Source: an uncultured Planctomycetales bacterium (GTDB taxonomy: Bacteria > Omnitrophota > Gorgyraeia > Zapsychrales > Fredricksoniimonadaceae). From it: a stretch of 63,033 nt of DNA. The position numbers were made by a program, and so were the translations under genes. This document shows positions 43,464-51,246 of the stretch, piece after piece. Numbering within the stretch: position 1 is the stretch's first letter; every line of letters starts with the position of its first letter. Location: the NCBI GenBank assembly GCA_964438075.1, contig CAYTIW010000003.1, forward strand, positions 16,734-79,766. The letters are read 5' to 3'. The notes below the pieces were generated by a model. It had not been told where the DNA came from and did no database searches. It saw nothing but the letters and a program-made list of their open reading frames with translations.

Positions 43464-43958
43464 ATGTACTCTGATAGCAATGACAGGCGTTTGTTAGGGG
43501 AAATATTGGTGGCTCAGGAATGGATAACTCCCCATCAACTCGAGGAAGCCTTGCAATGCCAGAACAGGAACGGAAGGTCAGAGTATCTGGGAGAGATATT
43601 GGTGCGTTTGGGTTATGCCGAAGAGCTGGAAATCGTTACGGCTTTGGGAGTGCAGTGTAATCTGCCTTTTATTGCTGTCAGCAAGCAGGTTATCCCCGAG
43701 GCGGTTCTTGGGGTCATACCCCCGGCCATCGCCCGGCGGGACCGGGTCATCCCATTGGACCTGAGCGGGAATATCCTCAGTGTGGTCATGCAGGATCCTT
43801 TGCAGGACGAGGTGCGGGAGGAGATGGAAAGGTTTACCGGTTGCAGCGTCGCCACTTTTATTTCAACCCCGACCGAGATCGAGGGCGCCTTGGCCAAATA
43901 TTATCCCCTGCCCGGCGACAGTCCGGGGGCCTGTGGCCAGATGCAGGCAGCCCTCTGA
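43464..43958 (+). CDS. Second stand-alone T2SSE_N / MshEN-like domain protein (164 aa)
   Basis: LLGEILVAQEWITPHQLEEALQCQ, YLGEILVRLGYAEELEIVTAL, ..VIPLDLSGNILSVVMQDPLQDEVREEMERFTGCSVATFISTPTEIEGALAKYY. It is a paralogue of 39479..39928. RBS AGGAGA upstream. Confidence 0.7.
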   Translation: MYSDSNDRRLLGEILVAQEWITPHQLEEALQCQNRNGRSEYLGEILVRLGYAEELEIVTALGVQCNLPFIAVSKQVIPEAVLGVIPPAIARRDRVIPLDLSGNILSVVMQDPLQDEVREEMERFTGCSVATFISTPTEIEGALAKYYPLPGDSPGACGQMQAAL

Positions 43959-44023
43959 GAGCGTAATGGTGTTTCTTAAGAACGATACGGTTGATAGCAT
44001 AAGCCTTTAATAAGGAGTGATTG

Positions 44024-45235
44024 ATGCCAACGTTTAAATATTCCGCTAAGGATCAAGATGCCAAGACCGTGACCGGCAAAGTCGTGGCTAACGATCTGGA
44101 GATGGTGGTCCAGGAGTTACGCAGCCGCCATCTCATCATCATAAGCATTGATGAAGAGAAACATTCGGCATTCTTTTCAGCTTCGAGCACGCCTGCCCAA
44201 TCGATAAAGGTGGAAGATATCATATTGTTCTCCCGTCAGATGGCGACCATGGTCGACGCAGGGATACCGATCCTGCAGACAGTGGAAGCGCTGGAGGATC
44301 AGGCGGGTAATCCTTCTTTGAAAAAGATCTTTGGCACGATACGCGATGATATACGCCTGGGTTCAAGTCTGTCGGCCGCTTTCGCCAAACATCCTAAAGT
44401 TTTTGACAACCTGTTCGTTAACATGATCAAAGTCGGTGAGACCGGCGGCGTCCTGACCACGGTGCTGGACCGGCTTTCCTCCTACATGGAGAAGTCGGCC
44501 CGCCTTAGGCGCAAGGTAACAGGGGCGATGATCTATCCGTCGGTGGTGGTCTCGATGGCGGTGATAATAACCATCGGCTTGCTCGTTTTCGTGGTGCCGA
44601 CCTTCAAGTCGATCTACAGTTCATTCAATAAGGACTTGCCGCCTTTGACCGCAGCTTTACTGAATTTCAGCGAGGCTTTCAAGAACCAGTGCTTGTATTA
44701 TTTAGGCGGCCTGATCGTGCTTATCGTCATGTACTTCAATTACAAGAAAACACCGCAGGGGGCTTTGAAGATCGATCAGGCCAAATTGAAACTCCCTGTC
44801 TTTGGGGACCTCATCTGTAAGGTCGCGGTGAGCCGTTTTTGCCGGACACTGGCGGTCCTGGTGCAAAGCGGGGTACCTATCCTGGAGGGGCTTGATATCG
44901 TTCGCAAGACCATAGGTAACCGGGCGCTGGAGATGGTCGTCGAGGACGTCATCAAGAGTGTCCGGGAAGGCCAGAGTATCGCTGAACCGCTTATGCGCAG
45001 CAAGATATTCCCTTCCATGGTCACCAGGATGATCTCGGTTGGGGAACAATCGGGCCAGTTGGACAAGATGCTGACCAAGGTCTCTGATTTCTTCGACGAA
45101 CAGGTCGATGCCGTGGTCGAGAACCTTACCAGTCTGATGGAGCCTTTCATAATAGGATTCCTGGGGATCGTGATCGGGTTCATCGTGGTCGCGCTTTTCA
45201 TGCCGATACTGAATATGACCCAGGTACTGAGGTGA
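44024..45235 (+). CDS. pilC: Type IV pilus inner-membrane platform protein PilC (GspF family)
   Basis: Two T2SSF repeats (..FSRQMATMVDAGIPILQTVEAL.. and ..FCRTLAVLVQSGVPILEGLDIV..) and 3 TM helices. I chose ATG 44024, 5 nt after AAGGAG; the track start TTG 44021 is one codon earlier. Confidence 0.9.
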   Translation: MPTFKYSAKDQDAKTVTGKVVANDLEMVVQELRSRHLIIISIDEEKHSAFFSASSTPAQSIKVEDIILFSRQMATMVDAGIPILQTVEALEDQAGNPSLKKIFGTIRDDIRLGSSLSAAFAKHPKVFDNLFVNMIKVGETGGVLTTVLDRLSSYMEKSARLRRKVTGAMIYPSVVVSMAVIITIGLLVFVVPTFKSIYSSFNKDLPPLTAALLNFSEAFKNQCLYYLGGLIVLIVMYFNYKKTPQGALKIDQAKLKLPVFGDLICKVAVSRFCRTLAVLVQSGVPILEGLDIVRKTIGNRALEMVVEDVIKSVREGQSIAEPLMRSKIFPSMVTRMISVGEQSGQLDKMLTKVSDFFDEQVDAVVENLTSLMEPFIIGFLGIVIGFIVVALFMPILNMTQVLR

Positions 45236-45245
45236 CGGGGATCAT

Positions 45246-46277
45246 ATGCGGATAGCCTTATTGATTCTGATCATGGCATCGGTGATGTTCTCGCCTGCGG
45301 CGGCCGGGGATCTGGCGGATATTCAATCTGCCCAGAATTCACTGGCTTACACGTTGTCCAATTTGCGAAATAGCGTTGAGAAGCTGACCAAGGAAAACCA
45401 GGAGTTGGGGGCTGTCAACGACCGTTTGCGCCAGCAGTTGGGTTCCTTGCAGAATGAATTAGTGGCTTTGCAGCGCGATGATTCCCGGCTGCTTGAACAG
45501 TATTCTTCCCTGGAGAAAAAACATAAGAAAAAAATAGAGGCCATAAGATCGGTAGAGGATCAGGTAGCCAGGCTTAAAGAGGAAGAAGTGAATTTGAGCA
45601 AGGCCATGGCGTCTATTTCTGAAGAGATCACGGATAGGGAAAGGGCCGATGCTGATCTTGGTGCCGTGGTGGAACAGAAGGAGTCTGAGGTCAGCGCGGC
45701 GATGCGGCAACCTGTGAAGGAGCAGGCCGCGGATGAGCCTGAACTTATTGCCGCCAGGAATAGGCTGCTTCAAAAGTCCAGAGCCGGCGAGGTCCTACTA
45801 CAGCGCACTCGCGATGAGTGGTTGGAACTGCAGGAAGTGGTACAGGGCGGGAAGCAGCGTCTGGAATCTCTTAAGAAAAGCAAGGCGAATCTTGTGCGGG
45901 CGATCGAAGGCAAAGAGGAGGAGTGTGTTCAGCTGGCTGACAAGGTGAGGGCTGAGCAAAGCATAATCGATGATATTTCCGCTCCAGAAAAGATTAGCCC
46001 ATCCGGGATCGCCATCCTGGAGCAAGAATTGCGGAGTCTGAACTACAAGAGCCGTGTATTGGATAAAGACCTTAGGGCTTGGCAGAAAGGTGATAATAGA
46101 TCTCAGATGGCCAGCGAGAAAGAATCATCCGAGTTGAGTAAGCTGGAGGTCAAGGTCAATGAAATGGTCGAGCGTAATAACAAGTTAAAGGCAGAAAGGG
46201 ACCAGTTGCGAAGGCAAATGGTCAATATGGACAAGAAGAAAGCCCGGCTGGAGAAAGCAGTTTATGAGGATAATTAA
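45246..46277 (+). CDS. Secreted coiled-coil protein of unknown function inside the pilus locus
   Basis: Signal peptide MRIALLILIMASVMFSPAAA/GD. About 310 aa of heptad-like, Glu/Lys/Leu/Gln-rich sequence follow. No recognised domain. Confidence 0.6.
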   Translation: MRIALLILIMASVMFSPAAAGDLADIQSAQNSLAYTLSNLRNSVEKLTKENQELGAVNDRLRQQLGSLQNELVALQRDDSRLLEQYSSLEKKHKKKIEAIRSVEDQVARLKEEEVNLSKAMASISEEITDRERADADLGAVVEQKESEVSAAMRQPVKEQAADEPELIAARNRLLQKSRAGEVLLQRTRDEWLELQEVVQGGKQRLESLKKSKANLVRAIEGKEEECVQLADKVRAEQSIIDDISAPEKISPSGIAILEQELRSLNYKSRVLDKDLRAWQKGDNRSQMASEKESSELSKLEVKVNEMVERNNKLKAERDQLRRQMVNMDKKKARLEKAVYEDN

Positions 46278-46489
46278 GCTTTGTGGTGGTTTGACTTCCT
46301 TGTCTAACCTGTGGTATATTTGAATTGGTAGAATCAGGCCGTATCGAGGGCCAAGGGAACTGTCGCATACTTTCATAATGACGTGGGCCCGATGCCTTTG
46401 ATATGGTAATCATAGAAAGAAAGGAGGCGATGGTTAGTTATATCAAGTCAAGATGACCGAGGACTAGTGAAGAGGCGGGATAAAATAGC

Positions 46490-46498
46490 TGTTATAAT
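46490..46498 (+). promoter_or_regulatory. Candidate extended -10 promoter element for the pilin gene
   Basis: TGT-TATAAT (46490-46498) lies about 68 nt upstream of the pilin ATG. There is no convincing -35. An alternative promoter is TTGACT (46291) - 18 nt - TATATT (46315). Confidence 0.35.
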
Positions 46499-46565
46499 AA
46501 CTCCCTACCTGAGTTGATTCCTCCCTCACCAGATGGCGGTCGTCACCAAACAGCAAGGAGGAATT

Positions 46566-46955
46566 ATGTCTAGTAAAAAAGGTTTTACTCTTGTCGAAAT
46601 CATGATCGTAGTAGCGATCATTGCCTTGTTGGCTGCGATCGCTATCCCGAACCTTTTGAGAGCGAAGATTTCCGCTAACGATGCCCTCGCTAAGGGAACG
46701 TTGCGTTCGCTTTCTACGGCTTCGGAAACTTTCGCTACGACCCAATCCGGGAATTATCCACAGGATATCACCTCACTGACTGGTGCCAGCCCGGCATTCT
46801 TGAACGCCGCTTATTGCGGTCAGACGATCTCCGGTTATGCTTACACCTGCACTTTCGGGGTGGCGGCATACACCTTTACCGCGACACCAGTTACGGTTGG
46901 GACATCGGGGACGACAACATGGACTATCACAACGGGTGGCGTATTAGCTCCGTAA
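46566..46955 (+). CDS. pilA: Type IV pilin / pseudopilin (prepilin-type N-terminal cleavage-methylation domain)
   Basis: ATG 46566 follows RBS AAGGAGGA. The sequence MSSKKG/FTLVEIMIVVAIIALLAAIAIPNL carries the class III signal, with G-1, F+1 and E+5. The protein is 129 aa with a Thr/Gly-rich C-terminal part. The track start at 46533 adds 11 unlikely residues. Confidence 0.9.
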   Translation: MSSKKGFTLVEIMIVVAIIALLAAIAIPNLLRAKISANDALAKGTLRSLSTASETFATTQSGNYPQDITSLTGASPAFLNAAYCGQTISGYAYTCTFGVAAYTFTATPVTVGTSGTTTWTITTGGVLAP

Positions 46956-46982
46956 GTGACGTGAGGCGACTGATGAATTACC

Positions 46983-47010
46983 GGAGGCCCGCAAGGGCCT
47001 CCTTTTTTTT
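46983..47010 (+). terminator. Strong rho-independent terminator immediately after the pilin gene
   Basis: GGAGGCCC (46983-46990), loop GCAA, GGGCCTCC (46995-47002), then T8. Confidence 0.9.
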
Positions 47011-47069
47011 AGAAATTTATATCTATATCAAATGTGTTTTGTTATCATGTTTTCAAAAGACAAATAAAA

Positions 47070-48146
47070 ATGCGACATTTATTAGATTCGTACTTTAAAT
47101 TCATTAAACGTTTCCTTCCGGATGCGAATCCTGCAGGTGTGATAGGTGTTGATCTGGGCTCCTTAGTCTGCCGGGCGGTCAATCTGGCCACCAAGGGAGG
47201 GGTGCTGGAACTGCGTTCTTGGGTTTCGGTGCCTATCGAGGGAGGGGACGAGAAGGCGGCCTTGAAGAAGGCGCTGTCTTACTTCGGAGCGGTCGACCGT
47301 TCACGCCCGGTGGTCGTATCGGTACACGGCAAGGGAACTCTGGTCAGGAACATCGAGATGCCCAGGATGTCGGTTAACGACTTGAGGAAAGCTTTTGCGA
47401 TCGAAGCGGACAAATATTTCCCTTTTCCCAAAGAGACAGTTTACACCGATTGTTATATTCTCGATCCCAAAGGTACGGATAAGAAGATGTCGGTATTGAT
47501 CGCGGCCGTGAAGAAAGAATTGGTGGACGGCCGGATAACGCTCTTTAAGGAGGCGGGTGTCGAACCTTGCGTCATCACTTTGAGCGGGGTAGCTATCGCT
47601 AATGCCTTCGCGATGTTCCCGCCCTCGATGTTGCCTCAGAATGGTGCGGCTAAGGGTGCGGTGGCGGTGGTCGATATAGGTGAAGTGTCTACCGAGCTAA
47701 TGATCTTTGCGGACAATTCCCTTAGATTTTCCCGGGATATTTTTATCGGCGTGTCCGATTTTATCAAACGTGTGGTGAATGTCACCGGGTGTTCTCCCAT
47801 CGAGGCCCGCAACATGCTTTATTCTCCGGGACCGCGGATGGAATCGGTGCAAAAAGCACTGGAAGCGGTGATGGGGAATTTGGTCTCGGAACTTCGGTTG
47901 TCTTTTGATTATTTCACCACGGAGAAAAATACCCCGATAGGGCAACTTTATCCGACCGGTGAAGGAGCAGTTGTGCCGGTGGTTGAATCGGTATTGTCCA
48001 TGAGTTTTGACATCCCGTCTTTTGTCTGGAATCCTTTTGACAAGCTCAACACGAGTCGCGAGATAAGCCGGGATGATATTGAAAAAGAAGGGCGCTGTTT
48101 TGTGGCGGCGCTGGGGCTGGCTCTAAATGAATATGATAAAATATAA
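47070..48146 (+). CDS. pilM: Type IV pilus assembly protein PilM (actin-like ATPase fold)
   Basis: ..VIGVDLGSLVCRAVNL.. (phosphate-1-like), ..VAVVDIGEVSTELMIF.., ..LYPTGEGAVVP.. The gene precedes pilN with overlap. I chose the start at ATG 47070; the track start is 47034. Confidence 0.8.
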   Translation: MRHLLDSYFKFIKRFLPDANPAGVIGVDLGSLVCRAVNLATKGGVLELRSWVSVPIEGGDEKAALKKALSYFGAVDRSRPVVVSVHGKGTLVRNIEMPRMSVNDLRKAFAIEADKYFPFPKETVYTDCYILDPKGTDKKMSVLIAAVKKELVDGRITLFKEAGVEPCVITLSGVAIANAFAMFPPSMLPQNGAAKGAVAVVDIGEVSTELMIFADNSLRFSRDIFIGVSDFIKRVVNVTGCSPIEARNMLYSPGPRMESVQKALEAVMGNLVSELRLSFDYFTTEKNTPIGQLYPTGEGAVVPVVESVLSMSFDIPSFVWNPFDKLNTSREISRDDIEKEGRCFVAALGLALNEYDKI

Positions 48147-48717
48147 TTTTATCCCAGAGCAGTTTCGCAAAGAACGGGGCAGCTTTCTGTCCCAGGGGGT
48201 GGGAGGCGTTTCTTCCGAGATATTCATCGGGATCTTGTTGTTGGTGTTCGCTTTTTTCTTCCTGCTGCATGTTTCTCTGGTCGGGGTATTCTTGTTCCAG
48301 GTGGGCGGGCACCAGATGCTGCAGATGAAATGGAACGCCATGGAAGCCGACAAGAAGGTTTTTGATACGATCTCCAACGGAAGTAAAGCTATCCAGAACC
48401 GTCTGAATTCATTAAGGCCGATTACGAGCCAGGCGGGTTTTAGCTGGTCCAGGCTTTTCAACGAAATTTCTGATTCTGTACCTAAAGGTATTTGGTTGAG
48501 GCAGATCGAGTACAGTAAGGATCTTTTGACAGTTTCCGGAAGTTCTGTTTCCAAGATGGCCAACGAGATGGTGGCGGCTGGTAATTTCGTAGCCACATTG
48601 AAGGAGAAGCCTGTTATCAAGCAGTACTTCTCCGGCGTGGATGTGGATTCAATCAAGCGTCGAGAGGATACTAACCTTTCGATAGCTGATTTTAAACTTA
48701 AGGCGAAACGAAAATGA
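48127..48717 (+). CDS. pilN: PilN-like pilus alignment subunit
   Basis: The N-terminal YNFIPEQFRKE resembles the INLLP motif. One TM helix, a coiled segment and a ferredoxin-like C-terminal part follow. The gene overlaps pilM by 20 nt. Confidence 0.7.
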   Translation: MNMIKYNFIPEQFRKERGSFLSQGVGGVSSEIFIGILLLVFAFFFLLHVSLVGVFLFQVGGHQMLQMKWNAMEADKKVFDTISNGSKAIQNRLNSLRPITSQAGFSWSRLFNEISDSVPKGIWLRQIEYSKDLLTVSGSSVSKMANEMVAAGNFVATLKEKPVIKQYFSGVDVDSIKRREDTNLSIADFKLKAKRK

Positions 48718-49298
48718 ACGATAGCCAGTTACGAAAAATTAAGTCGTTAGACCCCAGGGTCCTGTATGTGGTTTTCGGGCTGGGGATACTTTTGCTGGTA
48801 GCGGCTGACGTCTTTCTGCTATTGAGGCCACAGGTCAGCGGGTTATTATCACAGAACAAGAAGAACGGAGAGCTTAAGTCGCAGATCGAGAAATTGCAGA
48901 ATGACAAAAAGCATGTTGGCCAATTCCAGAAAGGGTTGGCTGATATGAAGTCCAAGGTCGCCGAATTCGACCGTATGGTCTATGCGAAGGATGACGTTCC
49001 GGTGGCATTGAATAACATCTCCACCCTGGCCAACGAGTACGGGGTTCAGATCGATCAGTTGGCGCCGCAGCGGCAGAGCGAAGATCAGCTGGTAAAGAAT
49101 GACGACGGCGTTTACAAAAGCATAGCCATCTTTATCGAGGCGCGGAGCGGTTACCACGAATTCGGTCGTTTCATTAATAAGATGGAGAAGGATAATATGT
49201 TCTGGAAACTGGACGAGCTGGTCTTTTCGGCGGACAAGATCAATCCGCATAAGCATATTGTCAAAATGGTCATGAGGATACTGGTGCTGGAAAAATGA
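48714..49298 (+). CDS. pilO: PilO-like pilus alignment subunit
   Basis: One N-terminal TM helix, a coiled-coil and a C-terminal globular part. Its position is between pilN and pilP, with an ATGA overlap with pilN. Confidence 0.65.
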   Translation: MNDSQLRKIKSLDPRVLYVVFGLGILLLVAADVFLLLRPQVSGLLSQNKKNGELKSQIEKLQNDKKHVGQFQKGLADMKSKVAEFDRMVYAKDDVPVALNNISTLANEYGVQIDQLAPQRQSEDQLVKNDDGVYKSIAIFIEARSGYHEFGRFINKMEKDNMFWKLDELVFSADKINPHKHIVKMVMRILVLEK

Positions 49299-49648
49299 AG
49301 AAGCATGTTTGGGTCCTATTAATGATGATTTGTGTGAGCGGCCTGTTCTACCGACCGGCTATGGCCGATAGCTTCAGTTACAATGACCACGGGCAGCGTG
49401 ATCCTTTCTGGCCGCTGGTGTCATCCGGCGGGGCGATAATTAATTATGATTCTAACTTTTCCGCCTCGGAACTTATTCTTGAAGGGATCATCGCTGATGG
49501 CCAGAGCCGCATAGCCATAATAAACGGGAATATCGTGGAAGAAGGCAAAAAGATCGGTTTTTATACGGTGCGGCAGATTTTGGGTGACCATGTAGTGCTG
49601 GAGAAGGATGGACAGAGTATTGAGCTTCGGATGAAAAAGGAGGAATAG
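49295..49648 (+). CDS. pilP: PilP-like small periplasmic protein
   Basis: Signal peptide, an RDPFWPL motif and a beta-rich C-terminus (LILEGIIADGQSRIAIINGNIVEEGKKIG). ATGA overlap with pilO. Confidence 0.6.
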   Translation: MKKHVWVLLMMICVSGLFYRPAMADSFSYNDHGQRDPFWPLVSSGGAIINYDSNFSASELILEGIIADGQSRIAIINGNIVEEGKKIGFYTVRQILGDHVVLEKDGQSIELRMKKEE

Positions 49649-51073
49649 ATGAAAAAAATATCCGCCATACAGGCTTTAATCATTTTTTCCTTGGTAACTT
49701 TCTCCCTCCCAGGGAGAAACGCCTGGGCCCAGTCCTTGGACAAGGCAAGGGGCCAGCCGGCCAAGGCCACTGCTGTAACGGAAGCAGGCTCGGATTCCTC
49801 AGGGACTGAAGAGGCGCTGCAGCCTGCGGTCATGGAACTGGACATGACCAAAGAAGGCAATGTCACGCTCGATTTCCGTGAGGCTGATATACGTAATGTC
49901 CTGAAAGTTTTGGCTTATAAGAGTGGTCTTAATATTATAGCCGGCCCCGAAGTCGTCGGGATGGTTAACATCCAGTTAAAAGACGTGCCATGGGAAAAAG
50001 CCATGGAAGTGATCCTCTCTACCTATGGCTACGGTTATGAGCGCAAGGGATCCATAATAATGGTCACCACCGTAGAGCTCCTCAAGAAGCGCAGGGAGGA
50101 CGCCAAGCTGATGGCCGAACAGGAACCTTTGAGCACGGAGACCTTTGTCCTTACCTTTGCCAAGGCCTCTGAAGTCAAGGATTCCCTGGACAAGATGAAG
50201 ACCCCGCGTGGCAACGTGAACTTTGACAAGCGGACCAATGCCATCATAGTCACGGATGTGAGCAGTAATTTACAATTGATGAAGGAGGTAATCAAAGCCC
50301 TCGACACCGTAACCCCGCAGGTCTTGATCGAGGCCAAGATCATTGAAACAACTCTAAACAATGATGAGAATCTTGGAATAGACTGGACTGCACAGGCCAC
50401 GGTCACTGGCGCGAAGCGCGCCACCAGCATCCCTTGGGACGGTATCGACAGGGTGAATAGGTTTATCCCGGCGGATACTTCGGACGCGACCTCCACTTTT
50501 ACTTACGGCACCATTGATTTCAGCACTTTTCAGGCTATCTTGAAAATGTTGAAAACCCGTTCGGATACGAATATCGTTTCCAATCCGAAAATAGTGACCA
50601 TGGACAACCAGCCGGCTAAGATAACGGTCGGTAAGCAGTATCCCGTCCCGAATTATACGTTCAACGAGCAGCAGGCCAAGCTGCAAGTATCGGGGTGGAA
50701 TTATATGGATATCGGTGTTATATTTAACGTCACGCCGCATATCAACAATGCCGGCTTTGTGACCTTGGAGATCGAGCCTTCGGTCACGGATATTATAGAT
50801 ACCGCCGTGGTGGAGAATACCTCCATGCCGGTATTGAGCACCGAGTCCGCTAAGACAACGGTCATGATTCAGGACGGGCAAACGCTGGTGATCGCCGGCC
50901 TGATCAAGACCAAGAACACGGAATCCCGCAGCCGGGTGCCGATACTGGGGGATATCCCGATCCTGGGTATGCCGTTCCAGAAGCGGACGACGTCCGTTAT
51001 CAAATCGGATCTTTTGATCTTTTTGACGCCGCACATTATTACGCCCAAGACCGAACAGTTGAAGGCAAAATAG
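49649..51073 (+). CDS. pilQ: Type IV pilus secretin PilQ (GspD/PilQ secretin family)
   Basis: Signal peptide and N0/N1-type domains (VTLDFREADIRNVLKVLA..). The C-terminal secretin domain ends with SRVPILGDIPILGMPF......LLIFLTPHII. Confidence 0.88.
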   Translation: MKKISAIQALIIFSLVTFSLPGRNAWAQSLDKARGQPAKATAVTEAGSDSSGTEEALQPAVMELDMTKEGNVTLDFREADIRNVLKVLAYKSGLNIIAGPEVVGMVNIQLKDVPWEKAMEVILSTYGYGYERKGSIIMVTTVELLKKRREDAKLMAEQEPLSTETFVLTFAKASEVKDSLDKMKTPRGNVNFDKRTNAIIVTDVSSNLQLMKEVIKALDTVTPQVLIEAKIIETTLNNDENLGIDWTAQATVTGAKRATSIPWDGIDRVNRFIPADTSDATSTFTYGTIDFSTFQAILKMLKTRSDTNIVSNPKIVTMDNQPAKITVGKQYPVPNYTFNEQQAKLQVSGWNYMDIGVIFNVTPHINNAGFVTLEIEPSVTDIIDTAVVENTSMPVLSTESAKTTVMIQDGQTLVIAGLIKTKNTESRSRVPILGDIPILGMPFQKRTTSVIKSDLLIFLTPHIITPKTEQLKAK

Positions 51074-51246
51074 CGGCGGCGTGGTAGTAGGAGTTCTATA
51101 TATTTTGTAGTAGGAGCCGCAGTTTGGGCTGCGGCCAAAGTCAATTTGATATTCCCGGTACCCGCAAACGGGTGGGGGGATTAAGTTCTCCCCGGGAATC
51201 AGGTTCGTTCCCATGCGTGGGGCGGATCCATGGTAAAGGAGATTGC

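Noticed and set aside
50354-51214. 286-aa minus-strand ORF over the 3' end of pilQ
   Set aside because: It is antisense to the conserved secretin domain, and its sequence is Arg/Gly/His-rich without motifs.
51124-51246. N-terminal 41-codon extension of the rng ORF (TTG start)
   Set aside because: The extension is not RNase G-like. The canonical N-terminus (..EILIHV....RVAI..) begins at GTG 51247, which has an AAGGAG RBS 5 nt upstream. The extension region instead looks like a structured leader.
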